The translations under genes and the position numbers were made by a program. Under the pieces are notes generated by a model, which saw only the letters and a program-made list of their open reading frames with translations, had not been told where the DNA came from and made no database searches. From Myxococcota bacterium (lineage in GTDB: Bacteria > Myxococcota_A > UBA796 > SXON01), in assembly GCA_040386535.1 (NCBI GenBank), contig JAZKFH010000022.1:1-64000 (forward strand): a stretch of 64,000 nucleotides of DNA. Reading direction: 5' to 3'. Below, in pieces: positions 53,150-63,796 of this stretch (position 1 is the first letter of the stretch; each line of letters begins with the position of its first letter).

Positions 53150-56100
53150 ATGGCACGCCCTCCCCGTTCCGCGAATCCGAGCGCCAACCCCGGGCCTGCC
53201 GACGACTGGGTCCCCACCCAGCCGGTTGCCAACCCGATCCTCAATCGCCCCTACGACGAGCCGACGCGCCACTGGCTCTACGAGAAGGGCATCCCGCGCG
53301 AGGTGCCAACCCGCCGGCCCGCCAGCTATTACTACATCACCAAGAAGATCGGGACCCGTCAGGAAGGCCTGTGGGCCGAGGAGCGGGCGGACCGGCTCGA
53401 GCTCGTCAATCGGCTCCGCGCGGACGTCGGGCGGTGGCGGGCGGCCAACTACAAGGGAGCCTCGAACACGACCAAGGCGCTGTTCGCCTACTGGTTCCAT
53501 CCCGATCGGCCCCGCCGGCTGTTCTTCTGTCAACGCGAGGCGGTGGAGACCCTCATCTACCTGCTGGAGCTCGGCATCCCCGGCCACCTCGGGCGCTCGG
53601 GGTTCCGCAAGTTCGACCTCGACGCCGAGGCCATCGCTGCGCTCCTCGTGGGAGGCAAGCCGGCCTTCGTCGCTGCCGACGCCGAGCACTGGCCGCGCTT
53701 GGTGGATCCCGCAGTGGAGCTCCCCATCGCGCTCCGTCGGCTCGGCTGCCGCATGGCGACCGGCTCCGGGAAGACGCTGGTCATGGCCATGCTCATCACC
53801 TGGGCGTTCTGCAACCGTGGTGTGAACGGCGCCTCGACCCAGTACCCCAACGCGGTGCTGGTGTGCGCGCCCAACCTGACCGTGCGCACCCGCCTCCAAG
53901 TGCTCCGCCCCGGCGAGCCCGGCAACTACTACGACCTGTTCGACCTGGTGCCGCGCGCCTTCGCGGACCTGTTGGGGATGGGGAAGGTGCTCGTCACCAA
54001 CTGGCACGCCTTCGCGCCCAAGAGCGAGCACCGCGAGGGAGACACCACCTTCCCGGTCGTGCAGAAGGGCGAGGAGACGCCCGAGGCGTTCACCCGTGAC
54101 CGCCTCGCGGAGCTGGCCCACCGCCTGCCCATCCTCGTGCTCAACGACGAGGGGCACCACTGCTGGCGGCCCAAGCCCGACGCCACGCTGGACCTGAAGG
54201 ACCTCTCGCCCGACGAGAAGGCAGCCGCGACGGAGGATGCCGAAGAGGCGCGGGTGTGGCTCGCCGGCCTGGACCGCATCAACAACAGCGGCCTTGCAGG
54301 AAAGGGCCTCCCCGGCATCCTCGCCACCATCGACCTCTCCGCGACACCCTTCTACCTTGGCAACAGCGGGTACCCCGAGGGCAGCCCCTTCCCGTGGCTG
54401 GTATCGGATTTCGGCTTGGTCGACGCCATCGAGAGCGGCATCGTCAAGGTGCCCCGCATGCCCGTTGGCGACAGCGAGCGGAACAAGGACGACGCTGGAC
54501 GACCCGACCCGAAGTTCTTCCGCCTGTGGAAACACGTCATCGACAAGATGACGCCGAGCGACAAGGTGGGGAAGCGTTGGAAGCCGGAGTCCCTGTACGG
54601 TGCGGCGGAGTCCGCCTTGGCTACCCTGGCCTCGCAGTGGAAGATCCTCTACGAGGAGATGCGCCTCCGCGCCGGCGGCGCCGAGTTCCTTCCGCCGGTC
54701 CTCATCGTGGTGTGTGACAACACCGAGCTGTCCAAGCTCGTCTTCGAGATGATCAGCGGCGAGCGCGTGAAGTCCGTGCCCGACGAGGAAGGAGTCATCA
54801 AGGCGACCACCGTGTTCGAAGGAAGCAAGTTGTTCCCCGAGCTCGCGAACAGCGAGGGTACGCGCCACACCATCCGCATCGACTCGAAGCTGCTCGGCAA
54901 GCTCGAGGGCGCCGACGGCCAGACCCGCGACGAGGCGGCGCTCGCGCTGCGCACGCTCATCGACACCGTCGGCAAGCGCGGGCTCCCAGGCGAGCAGGTG
55001 CGGTGCGTCGTGTCGGTCTCGATGCTCACCGAGGGGTGGGACGCCAACAACGTCACCCACATCCTCGGCATCCGCGCGTTCGGCACCCAGCTGTTGTGTG
55101 AGCAGGTGGTCGGCCGCGGCCTGCGTCGCATGAACTACGAGGTGAACCCCGAGGGGTTCATGGAGCCAGAGTACGCCGACATCTACGGCATCCCCTTCTC
55201 GCTCATCCCGTTCCAGAAGACCCCGGAAGGAAAGGGGGAGAACACCCCCGAGTACCACCGCGTCTACACAGTCCCCGGGCGCGAGAAGCTGCGCCTCACG
55301 ATGCCCATCGTGGAGAGCTACACGTACGATCTGCGCAGCAGCGGCATCGAGTGTGACGTCGACACCCTGGAGGGGATGATCGTCAACGTGGAGCCCACCG
55401 AGGTGTTCCTGTCGATCACGCGCGGCTACGAGGAGGAGGGCGCCCGGGTCGACTCGGGCGACTTCATCCGTCAGACCCGCGCCGAGTTCTACGAGCAGAC
55501 GCGGTTCCAGCAGGTGATTTTCCGGATCGCGCAGCAGATCACGGATGACCTCGTGATGGGTGTGCGGGAGGGGGTTCCCACCCAGCTCGTCAAGGAGACG
55601 CTGCTCGCGCGCCATCAGGTGTTTCCGGACGTGGTGCGGATCCTCGGAGCGTACGTCGAGAAGCGGGTCACGTTCGGCCCGGGAGTGGACCGGCGCGAGC
55701 TGGCACTGGAGCGTTATGCCCGGCTCGTCCGAGAGCGGGTCCGCGCGGGGATCTACCCCGCCGCGGGTAGCAAGGAAGCGCCGCTGCTCCCCGTAGTCAA
55801 CACCTTCCAGGAGACCACGAGCACCGACGGTGTGGACGAACAGACCACGCGGCCCACCGTCCCGCTCGTCAAGAGCGAGCTCAACGCTGCCGTCGTGCTG
55901 AGCGAAGGCAAGGGGGGCGACATCGGGGAGGTGCGCGCCATCGAGGTTCTCGAAGACCTCGATCGTGTCGAGGCCTTCGCGCCGAACACCCGGAAGATCG
56001 GCTTCCAGATCCCGTGGGAGTACCTCGGCCACCCGCGCCGCTACGAGCCCGACTTCCTCGTGCGCATGCGCGGGGGCACCATCGTGGTGTTGGAGATCAA

Positions 56101-56731
56101 AGGCGGCAAGGGCGAGCTTCACGGCGAAGACGAGGTGCTCGCCAAGAACGCCGCCGCGCGCAAGTGGGTGGCGGCGGTCAACAACGCCAAGAGGTACGGC
56201 ACCTGGGCGTTCGAGATCTGCCGCGAGCTTCCCAAGCTGCGCGAGCAGCTCATCCAACACTCGGCGGAGCTGCCCGGCTATCTCCCCTACCGTCGCGTCG
56301 AGCCCGATGCCGCCGAGCGCTACCGAAGCTGCGTGCCGATGTTGGGCCTCCTCGGCGCTGTGCGTCGCTGGCAGAAGCCGGCGCTGATGGACCTTGGCGA
56401 TCCCAACGTCGAGTGGGTCACCTGGAACGGCGCGCCCGCCTTCGCCGACGGCATGTTCGTCGCACCCGTGGCGGGCAAGTACGCGCTCTTCCAGCCCTCC
56501 GCGGAGGAGCCCGCCGAGGGCGGCTCCTACCTCCTCTACAACGCCGGCATCGCCGATCCCGATACCGACGCACCCTTCACGGTGCGGACCTTCACGGTCG
56601 AGCCGCCCACGCCGGAGCGCTCCCAGGCGCGGATCGTGCTCAAGGGCCTGCGGGAAGGTGACGTGCCGATCGTCATTCCGGGGTCGGGGGTGGTGAAGGT
56701 GGTGGCTTCGTTTGCGGGCTGGGTGCGTTGA
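53150..56731 (+). CDS. res: Type III restriction endonuclease (Res) with a C-terminal S24-like appendage
   Basis: FFCQREAVET, MATGSGKT, NDEGHH, LSATP, MLTEGWD, EQVVGRGLRR; YEPDFLV...LEIKG nuclease motif. Confidence 0.93.
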   Translation: MARPPRSANPSANPGPADDWVPTQPVANPILNRPYDEPTRHWLYEKGIPREVPTRRPASYYYITKKIGTRQEGLWAEERADRLELVNRLRADVGRWRAANYKGASNTTKALFAYWFHPDRPRRLFFCQREAVETLIYLLELGIPGHLGRSGFRKFDLDAEAIAALLVGGKPAFVAADAEHWPRLVDPAVELPIALRRLGCRMATGSGKTLVMAMLITWAFCNRGVNGASTQYPNAVLVCAPNLTVRTRLQVLRPGEPGNYYDLFDLVPRAFADLLGMGKVLVTNWHAFAPKSEHREGDTTFPVVQKGEETPEAFTRDRLAELAHRLPILVLNDEGHHCWRPKPDATLDLKDLSPDEKAAATEDAEEARVWLAGLDRINNSGLAGKGLPGILATIDLSATPFYLGNSGYPEGSPFPWLVSDFGLVDAIESGIVKVPRMPVGDSERNKDDAGRPDPKFFRLWKHVIDKMTPSDKVGKRWKPESLYGAAESALATLASQWKILYEEMRLRAGGAEFLPPVLIVVCDNTELSKLVFEMISGERVKSVPDEEGVIKATTVFEGSKLFPELANSEGTRHTIRIDSKLLGKLEGADGQTRDEAALALRTLIDTVGKRGLPGEQVRCVVSVSMLTEGWDANNVTHILGIRAFGTQLLCEQVVGRGLRRMNYEVNPEGFMEPEYADIYGIPFSLIPFQKTPEGKGENTPEYHRVYTVPGREKLRLTMPIVESYTYDLRSSGIECDVDTLEGMIVNVEPTEVFLSITRGYEEEGARVDSGDFIRQTRAEFYEQTRFQQVIFRIAQQITDDLVMGVREGVPTQLVKETLLARHQVFPDVVRILGAYVEKRVTFGPGVDRRELALERYARLVRERVRAGIYPAAGSKEAPLLPVVNTFQETTSTDGVDEQTTRPTVPLVKSELNAAVVLSEGKGGDIGEVRAIEVLEDLDRVEAFAPNTRKIGFQIPWEYLGHPRRYEPDFLVRMRGGTIVVLEIKGGKGELHGEDEVLAKNAAARKWVAAVNNAKRYGTWAFEICRELPKLREQLIQHSAELPGYLPYRRVEPDAAERYRSCVPMLGLLGAVRRWQKPALMDLGDPNVEWVTWNGAPAFADGMFVAPVAGKYALFQPSAEEPAEGGSYLLYNAGIADPDTDAPFTVRTFTVEPPTPERSQARIVLKGLREGDVPIVIPGSGVVKVVASFAGWVR

Positions 56732-58626
56732 GCGACCCCAAGGAGCGAAAGGGGCGAACACGGAAGCCGCGGCGCCCACCAGAGCCAGAGGATCCCATTC
56801 AGGTAGGCGAGCTGCGGTTCTCTACCGTGTTCGGCCTCCTGCTTCGCGTGGTGGCCGTCGAGAAGGACACATGCTTTGTGGAGCACGTCCCGTCGGGGCG
56901 TACATGGCGCTCGGATGCGGTCGGCACCATCCAGAAGGCCCCGAAGGTGGCGGAGGGCGGCTTCCGTTGGCGGTTCGCGCACGACGGGCCCGAGCAGGTC
57001 CTGACGGCGGGCCCCGAGCGCATTGCCGAGTGGCTGATGCTCGACGAGCGGGCGCGCGGGTGGACCGTCCTTCGTGCGCGCGCCGTGGGTGAAGCCACCG
57101 CCGGCCTGCCCGAGGGGGCGGCACTCGAGACGCGCCTGCTGGATTACCTCGAGGGGAGCGACGAGTGGGGCCGAGAGGGCACGGGAGCCGAGAGGGGCTT
57201 CGTGCGCGGCGGTCACGTGAGGGACTGGCGGGAGCGTTGGATCGAGGCCGAGCTACCCGTGGGCTTTGCCGGCGGTGAAAAGATTCAAGACGAAGACGCG
57301 GCCGTGGCTGCCCTGCGCCTGCTGTGCGAGGCAACAGCACCAGACCTGCCCTTCCTCGGGCGCGTTCGCACCACGCGTTGGTTGCCACCAACGGTGCGCG
57401 CCGGGGCGCTGGAGCGCCTGGTCGCGGTCTGGAAGGAAACGCGGCGACGTACCGGCTTTCGCCAGGTGCGCGAGGAAGCCTTGCTGCACATGCTCAAAGA
57501 CTCCCCCGACCTGGCGGAAAGCATGGCGCGGGAGCCTGCCGTGTCACTGGCGGTCCGGAAGGCTGCGGTGGAACAGCTGAAGGATGGAGACGAGGCCATC
57601 CGCTCCGTGATCCGCGAGGTGAGCCGCCCCGCGAACAAGGCCGGCGCGGTGCGGGTGGCGGGCCAGCTTGCTGCCCTGGCCGAGAGTCCGGCGGTCATCG
57701 TCGAGTGTGTCGCGGCATGCATGAGCAACCGTGCGGATGCAGAGATCACCAAGGAGACGGCCGACCTCCTGGACGAGCGCCTGGAGACGCTCGACCGCAC
57801 CCCGTTGCTCCTGGAGGCGGCACGCGGAGCGCTCGCGGGTGGGGCACTCGGCGGAGCGGTTCGCGACTGGCTCAACCTCCTGGGCGGCGACGCGGCGGTC
57901 TGGGAGATCGCGGAGGCGTGGGGAACCGTTCACCGGCTGCGTGGCGAAGGGGGCCTCGCTGCCCTGTCGATCACCACGCCGGAGCTCGAGGCCGGGTTCA
58001 CGCGGTGGATCGAGCAGGCGCTCGCGCTTCGGGACGACTGGGAGGCGCCGGGCGCGTTGCCCTCCTTGAAGGAAGGCTCGTTCGCTCAACTGGTAAAGGG
58101 TCACGCGGAAGGCGCTCGGCTGACTCGGAACCTCGAGTGGTTCACTCGCACGGTGGGGGCGCTGGCCGAGCTGGTCGCGCGCATCCATGCGGAGAACGGT
58201 CTGCTCCTGGCGAAGGTGGACGACAAGCAGAACGCCGAGCGGGTGCTTCGCGGAGACGACGTAGAGCGGATCCGCGCCGACCGCGGAACGCTCCTGGCGA
58301 GCGCTCGTGACGAAGTGGCCGACGAGCGGCGGGCCGAGCGGCGAACGGTCGCGAAGATCCTCGCCGAAGTACAAACAGCCGTGGGCCGCACGCGCGAGGC
58401 TACTCCGGCTACGGCGTTGGACGCATTGGAGCGGCGTATGGTAGAGCTGGCAGCGCGTCTCGACATGACCTTCGTTGGGCGCGTCGGGGAACGGGCCCCA
58501 TCTGACCCGGCACTGCATCAACTGGCTGCGGGGGTGGCGTCGGAAGGGACGATACGTTCGGTCGGCATCCGCGACGTACACGAGCTCTTGGTCAAAGGCA
58601 AAATTGGGCCGTTGGAGACGAACTGA
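56728..58626 (+). CDS. Hypothetical protein with a C-terminal coiled coil and GrpE-like beta domain
   Basis: C-terminal VGERAPSDPALHQ...GTIRSVG...LLVKGKI resembles the GrpE head; coupled to an Hsp70-like gene. Confidence 0.6.
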   Translation: MSDPKERKGRTRKPRRPPEPEDPIQVGELRFSTVFGLLLRVVAVEKDTCFVEHVPSGRTWRSDAVGTIQKAPKVAEGGFRWRFAHDGPEQVLTAGPERIAEWLMLDERARGWTVLRARAVGEATAGLPEGAALETRLLDYLEGSDEWGREGTGAERGFVRGGHVRDWRERWIEAELPVGFAGGEKIQDEDAAVAALRLLCEATAPDLPFLGRVRTTRWLPPTVRAGALERLVAVWKETRRRTGFRQVREEALLHMLKDSPDLAESMAREPAVSLAVRKAAVEQLKDGDEAIRSVIREVSRPANKAGAVRVAGQLAALAESPAVIVECVAACMSNRADAEITKETADLLDERLETLDRTPLLLEAARGALAGGALGGAVRDWLNLLGGDAAVWEIAEAWGTVHRLRGEGGLAALSITTPELEAGFTRWIEQALALRDDWEAPGALPSLKEGSFAQLVKGHAEGARLTRNLEWFTRTVGALAELVARIHAENGLLLAKVDDKQNAERVLRGDDVERIRADRGTLLASARDEVADERRAERRTVAKILAEVQTAVGRTREATPATALDALERRMVELAARLDMTFVGRVGERAPSDPALHQLAAGVASEGTIRSVGIRDVHELLVKGKIGPLETN

Positions 58627-60452
58627 TGGATCTGGACAAGCTGCGGACATTCCTCTCGGAGCTCGATTTCTCCAGCGTGAGCGAGGAGGAGCGGGATGTC
58701 GCGCTCCTCCTCGGACAGGCGCGGGCGGCAGTGGATGCCCTGCGCGAACAGCGCGAGCGAGCGAATTTTCGCGACCGGCTGATGCAGGCGCACGCGGTGG
58801 TGGAGCGGCAGCTGCGCGCGGCGATAGCCCACGCCCTCGGAAACCTCGATGCGGGCACATACCTGGACCCAACATGGCCCGGGAAACTCGACAGCTTTGA
58901 AGCCGAACTGCAGGACGACGCTCGGTTGCTCATTTGGCACGAACTCGTCACGCCGATCGCCTATCCCACCTCGGCGGACGGAGAGGGCGCTGTGCTGCAC
59001 GCGCCCAGCCCGAGCCTGCCGGCTCCCCCTCCGCCACCGACGCCCGTCAGCGCAGACTTGATCGAGCGGATCAGGGCGTTGAAGCCAATCGCCAGCTCGG
59101 CGCCAAGACACGGTGCGGGCGTTTGGGGTGTGGACTTCGGCACCGCGCGAAGCAAAGTGGTGTTCCGGCCACGCGGTGGGTTCACACAGGCGGCCGACTC
59201 CGTCGTGGCGTGGGATGTCCCGAGCGTGCTCGCTGTCGAGGAGGATGGTGGCGCAATTGAGTTTGGTGAGGCGGCCGAAGCGCGCCGGGGCAAGCAAGGG
59301 TGGAAGCTGGTCACGAGCTTGAAGCGCCACATTGTGGGGCGCCGTGTCGACCCTTACCGGCTCCCGCCCCGCATGACCACTGAGGGGCTCGCGACCCTGT
59401 ACATGGCGTGGCTCTGCCACGAGGCGCTCCGCAGGGCCGATTTGGGCGCATCTCCGATGGACCTTCCGATGAACCTGTCCATGCCCCTCGTTGACGCCTC
59501 CGTTGCCAATGACGGGCTGCGAGCGCCGTTCGTAGAAGGCCCACGCACCTACGACATCTGGCTTTCGTACGCACTGCGTGCCGCCCAGCTCATCGCGCTC
59601 ACGTTCGGCAGGGAGGAATTCCCCAGCTCCCAGACCGTGCTCCTCGACGCCCTGGAGCTATGGTCTCGTCAGAATTGGGAGTCGGTGCGCCGGAGCGCGG
59701 CCACCACCAGCGAGCCCGCGGCTGTAGTCGGTGACGTGAATGTCACCGAGCTTCCTGCCGGCCTCACCATGCTGGTAGACTGCGGGGCGGGCACGACGGA
59801 CGTCTCCGTGTTCTGGCGTCGGGGCGCCCACGTCTTTCGCGTGGTCGAATGCTCCGTGGTCGTTGGTGGCGATCAGATCGACGACGCCATCGTGCTCCGG
59901 GTGGTGCGCGAATTTCCGGGACTGAAGGACAGGGAGGGGGACGTACGCACGTGGGCCCGGGCTGCAAAGCGGGACATACTGGAGGGCGAGGCAAGCTTCG
60001 ACCCCGCGGAATTCGAACTGCCCGGCTTGGCGTTCGACATTACGGCCGAGGATGTCGCGCCAGGAGTCGCGGCGTTGGCCGGGGGCGTGCATACGGTGGT
60101 CGCGCGCGCAGCCGATCAAGCGTTCGCAAAGCTCCTCGAGACGTCCCTGAACGGCGCCGTCGAGCTCTCGCGGGCTCGAGAGCTTCAGGCCGTCTGGTTG
60201 ATTGGCGGCTCCTCGGTGGTCGGTGCGGTTATGAGCAGCGTCGAGGCTGCGCTCAGGGGGAGCAACGTCGTCGGCGCCTCCCCGGCACCACTGGCCCCAT
60301 CCGGTTTGTATGCGGCCTGGAAGCCGGAACGATACCGCCTGCTCGCTGTCGCGCTCGGTGCCTCGCGTCCAGATCTCGCCCGGCCGGCGCTGCTCCCGCC
60401 GGATCAGGCGGATGTGGCGGTGGGCCTCCACCACACCGACAAGGACGCATAG
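58626..60452 (+). CDS. Hsp70/actin-fold ATPase, nucleotide-binding domain only, with an N-terminal helical extension
   Basis: GVDFGTARS, SEPAA, VDCGAGTTDVS, GGDQID, LIGGSS; ends without a substrate-binding domain. Confidence 0.88.
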   Translation: MDLDKLRTFLSELDFSSVSEEERDVALLLGQARAAVDALREQRERANFRDRLMQAHAVVERQLRAAIAHALGNLDAGTYLDPTWPGKLDSFEAELQDDARLLIWHELVTPIAYPTSADGEGAVLHAPSPSLPAPPPPPTPVSADLIERIRALKPIASSAPRHGAGVWGVDFGTARSKVVFRPRGGFTQAADSVVAWDVPSVLAVEEDGGAIEFGEAAEARRGKQGWKLVTSLKRHIVGRRVDPYRLPPRMTTEGLATLYMAWLCHEALRRADLGASPMDLPMNLSMPLVDASVANDGLRAPFVEGPRTYDIWLSYALRAAQLIALTFGREEFPSSQTVLLDALELWSRQNWESVRRSAATTSEPAAVVGDVNVTELPAGLTMLVDCGAGTTDVSVFWRRGAHVFRVVECSVVVGGDQIDDAIVLRVVREFPGLKDREGDVRTWARAAKRDILEGEASFDPAEFELPGLAFDITAEDVAPGVAALAGGVHTVVARAADQAFAKLLETSLNGAVELSRARELQAVWLIGGSSVVGAVMSSVEAALRGSNVVGASPAPLAPSGLYAAWKPERYRLLAVALGASRPDLARPALLPPDQADVAVGLHHTDKDA

Positions 60453-60456
60453 CCAG

Positions 60457-61803
60457 ATGCCCCTCCCGTTCCTCACCGCCCTCGACCCGCAAGCCCGCGT
60501 CGCCGGCTCGCGCGACCCGCTCGGCGTGCAACCGATCTGGGGCCACCTTGGCCGGGAGCTCGTCTCCAACCTGACCACGGTCGCGACATCGGTCCGCGGC
60601 TTCACCACGCTGATGCTGGGCCTCCACTACGCATCCCGGCTGGTCGACGAGGCGGGCCACGACGAGGCTCAGCGGATCCGCTACTTCCTGAAGTTTGAAC
60701 AGATGGTCGCGTGGAGCCGCTACGCCTGGCAGGACGAGACAGGTGACACGGTCGAGGGGATCCGGGGCATTCGACGGGTACGGCGTACCTGGGAGGGCGG
60801 GGAGCGGAAGCCGCCGCTCGGCCTCGGTCCCGACGCGCAGATCCTGTCAGACCAGAAGACCTATGGGCTCTGGGGTCTCTTCTCGATGCCCGCGCGCGAC
60901 TCCCGCCTCCGCGAGCGCGTCTCCGCACGGCTCACGGAGCCCGCCCGGGAGCACCTCTTGCCGCGCCTCGATGCGGCGCTCTCCGCCGAGGGGATACGGA
61001 ACGACGCTGTCGTGATCGATTTGCTCGGACGCGACCAGCATTTCGAGCCCACGGGCCGCCACAAGGCTCTCGGACGCGCGCTGGCGGCGATGACCAAGCC
61101 TGCGTGGTCGGGAGAGGAGGAGGTGTTCTACCTGGATCACCTCGTCCAAGCGGGGAGGGGCGCCGACGGCCGGCAGGCGCGCCTCTGGGGCCACCTTGCG
61201 ACCGTGAATGACCGTGACGGCACCTGGAAGGCAGGCTTCGGCATGGAGGAACTCCGCCGGGTCCGGACCGCGGCCGGCGCAGCCGGAGACACCGACATCG
61301 TCGAGCGGCTGACCTGGATCGCTGATGTGGAGGCCGTTCTCGCGCCCGCCGGGCTCCTGTTCTCGACGGTGCTCGGCGCGCATGGACAGCGCGTGGCCGA
61401 CGTGGCGGCCGAGGTCGAAGCGCGCTGGGGGGCCGGCCTGGGCCACGTGGACGTCGACGGCGTGCGCGCCGCCATTCCCCAGGTCGCGGCGATTGCCGCG
61501 GACGGAACCGCCGAGCGCCTCGACGCGCTCAGCGTGGCGTTCCGGGACGGCGCATGGGCGGAGGCGATCACGCTGGTGATTGCACAGAACAAGGCCGTCA
61601 TGGAGGCGCGCCGCGCGGGCCCTTGGGCCACGGAAAAGGCCGGCACGCTCGACGTGCGCTTCCGTACCGACGGGGATGGGCTCGCTGTCGCGGCAGACCT
61701 GCCCGATCTCTGGGTCAACCCCTACTACCTGAGCGCGCTCAAGCATGTCGGCGGCTCGCTGCTGCGGCGAGGCGTCCGGGAGACGAGCGTGGACGGTGAG
61801 TAG
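60457..61803 (+). CDS. Hypothetical protein with an N-terminal RDPLG motif, first gene of a PLD/helicase cassette
   Basis: GSRDPLGVQPIW...NLTTV; YGLWGLF; overlaps the next gene. Confidence 0.7.
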   Translation: MPLPFLTALDPQARVAGSRDPLGVQPIWGHLGRELVSNLTTVATSVRGFTTLMLGLHYASRLVDEAGHDEAQRIRYFLKFEQMVAWSRYAWQDETGDTVEGIRGIRRVRRTWEGGERKPPLGLGPDAQILSDQKTYGLWGLFSMPARDSRLRERVSARLTEPAREHLLPRLDAALSAEGIRNDAVVIDLLGRDQHFEPTGRHKALGRALAAMTKPAWSGEEEVFYLDHLVQAGRGADGRQARLWGHLATVNDRDGTWKAGFGMEELRRVRTAAGAAGDTDIVERLTWIADVEAVLAPAGLLFSTVLGAHGQRVADVAAEVEARWGAGLGHVDVDGVRAAIPQVAAIAADGTAERLDALSVAFRDGAWAEAITLVIAQNKAVMEARRAGPWATEKAGTLDVRFRTDGDGLAVAADLPDLWVNPYYLSALKHVGGSLLRRGVRETSVDGE

Positions 61804-63796
61804 CCCCACCCCCGAAGTCCTCACCGCGCAGCTGCGCAAGGCGATCGGCGGGCGCTCGGTGCGCGCGGCGGTGTTCACCACGTTCCCCTTCGATCCGGAG
61901 TTCTTCGAGCTCTTCGTCCTACCGGCCCTGTTCGAGCGCGCGTGGTCGCGGGATCCGAACGTCCGCCGCGCGCAGTTGGAGGAAGCCCTCCGGGACGTGG
62001 ACAACGTCGCGGTGTACTACGACCGCGGGCAGTTCGACGGTGGGCTGGTCGGGCTGGACTACACGCGATTCGGCGTGGCTCGGCGGACGGGCTGCTTCCA
62101 CGCAAAACACCTCCTCCTCCTCGTCGAGCGCCCGCCTTCGTCCAGCGCGGGTCCCGTGCGCGGGGAGCACGCCCTCCTCGTCGTCACCACGTCGGCGAAC
62201 CTGACCCGCTCCGGGTGGTGGGAAAACGTCGAGGCCGCGCAGATCGAGGAGATCCGGGCGGGGGTGCCCCATCCAATGCGGTCCGCGCTCCTGGACGATG
62301 GCGGTGCCCGCGGGCTTGTCCGTCGTATCCGCGAACACGACCGGACCGAGGTCGCACACAGCGCCCTCGACGCGATCCGTGACTTCCTGCTCCGCGACGT
62401 GCCGACAGGCACGGCCCCGGGTCCGGTGCTCTGGGCCGGCCGCGGCACCTTCGCCGCCTTCCTTGCCGCCCACGTCCGGCCCGGCCTACGGCTCGAAATC
62501 GTCGCGCCCTACGTTGAGGACATCGAGGCCGCTCCGACGCTCGGCCGGCTGCTCGACGCTGTCCGCCCGGCGGAGACCCGCATCCACCTTCCGATCGACA
62601 AGGATGCACACGCGGCGGTGAGCGAGGCCTACGCCCGCGCCGTCGCAGCGCTCCCAGGCGTGAGCTGGGGCGAGCTCCCGGCTGCCCTCACCCACTGGAC
62701 GAAGGAGGCGGGCGGCGGCCACCGGTTCACTCACGCGAAGGTGTACCGGTTCTTCGACGACCGTCGGGAGGTGCTCGTGGTGGGGTCGGTGAATCTTTCG
62801 GCGGCGGCACACTCCGACGCGAGCGCGGGCAATTTCGAGTCCGCGGTGTTGGTGGAAACCGTGGCGAACGCGCGCCGGGACTGGTGGATGAGCCGCCGGA
62901 ACACGCTCCCGGAGCACTTCGCGCCGCGCGTCGGCGAGGAGGAGGCCGTCCGCGGGCGCGCGCCTCCCCTCCACCTCCGCTACGACTGGCGCACCGACCT
63001 GCTCGCCTACTTCTGGGAGCCCGGCGAGGCCGCCGCCGCCGCGGTGGACGTCTCCACTGGAGCCGTAGGCTTCCGCATCACGCCCATCGTTGTGGGCGTG
63101 TGGGTACCCGTGCCGCCGGAGGTAGTCCTCGGCTTGAGGGACCGACTGCGCGCCAGTGCCTGCGTCTCCGTCACGATTGAACTCGAGACCTTTCGCGTCT
63201 TGGTACGGGAGGAGGGCATGCAGAACCGGCCGCCGCTCGTGTGCGACCTCACGCCCGAGCAGATCCTCGAGTATTGGGCCCTGCTCTCCCAGGAGCAGCG
63301 CGACGCGTTCCTCGAGCAGCACGGCTACCGCCTGCCCCAGCTGTCCGAGGATGGTGCTCCGCCCGCGCCAACCGCCGTCGAGGGGTCCGGCACAACCCTG
63401 TTCGACCGATTTGCTGGTATCTTCCATGCATTCTCGTGCCTGCGCGAGCATGTTCAGAACGCGCTCCAATCGGGCCGGAAGAAGGAGGCCGCGTACCGTC
63501 TCCTCGGGCGCAAGCATGACTCGCTCGGCGCGCTCGTGGAGAGGGTGCTCGACGACGAATTGGGGGACCTCACCTCGCGGTACGTCCAGCTGCTCTGTGC
63601 ACGGGAGGTGACCGACGCCGTCCTCGCAGCCCATCCGGCGTGGGCGGCGGAGCACTCGGTGGCGGTTGTCGAGCTGCGCGCCCGCCTCGACCGGGTCGCC
63701 GAACTGCGCGCGCGCCTTTGTCTTCCGGAGGACGGCGCCGCCTTCATCGAATGGTTCGAAGGTGAATTCTTTGGACGACCAGAGGTGTCCGCGTGA
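61796..63796 (+). CDS. Phospholipase D-superfamily protein (putative nuclease) with two HxK motifs
   Basis: FHAKH...TSANLT and THAKVY...GSVNLS...NFE. Confidence 0.88.
   Translation: MSSPTPEVLTAQLRKAIGGRSVRAAVFTTFPFDPEFFELFVLPALFERAWSRDPNVRRAQLEEALRDVDNVAVYYDRGQFDGGLVGLDYTRFGVARRTGCFHAKHLLLLVERPPSSSAGPVRGEHALLVVTTSANLTRSGWWENVEAAQIEEIRAGVPHPMRSALLDDGGARGLVRRIREHDRTEVAHSALDAIRDFLLRDVPTGTAPGPVLWAGRGTFAAFLAAHVRPGLRLEIVAPYVEDIEAAPTLGRLLDAVRPAETRIHLPIDKDAHAAVSEAYARAVAALPGVSWGELPAALTHWTKEAGGGHRFTHAKVYRFFDDRREVLVVGSVNLSAAAHSDASAGNFESAVLVETVANARRDWWMSRRNTLPEHFAPRVGEEEAVRGRAPPLHLRYDWRTDLLAYFWEPGEAAAAAVDVSTGAVGFRITPIVVGVWVPVPPEVVLGLRDRLRASACVSVTIELETFRVLVREEGMQNRPPLVCDLTPEQILEYWALLSQEQRDAFLEQHGYRLPQLSEDGAPPAPTAVEGSGTTLFDRFAGIFHAFSCLREHVQNALQSGRKKEAAYRLLGRKHDSLGALVERVLDDELGDLTSRYVQLLCAREVTDAVLAAHPAWAAEHSVAVVELRARLDRVAELRARLCLPEDGAAFIEWFEGEFFGRPEVSA

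Noticed and set aside
53120..56779. 1219-aa antisense ORF, and similar ones at 5336..8005, 41189..43150 and 51613..53244
   Set aside because: Antisense shadows of well-supported genes, with no motifs of their own.
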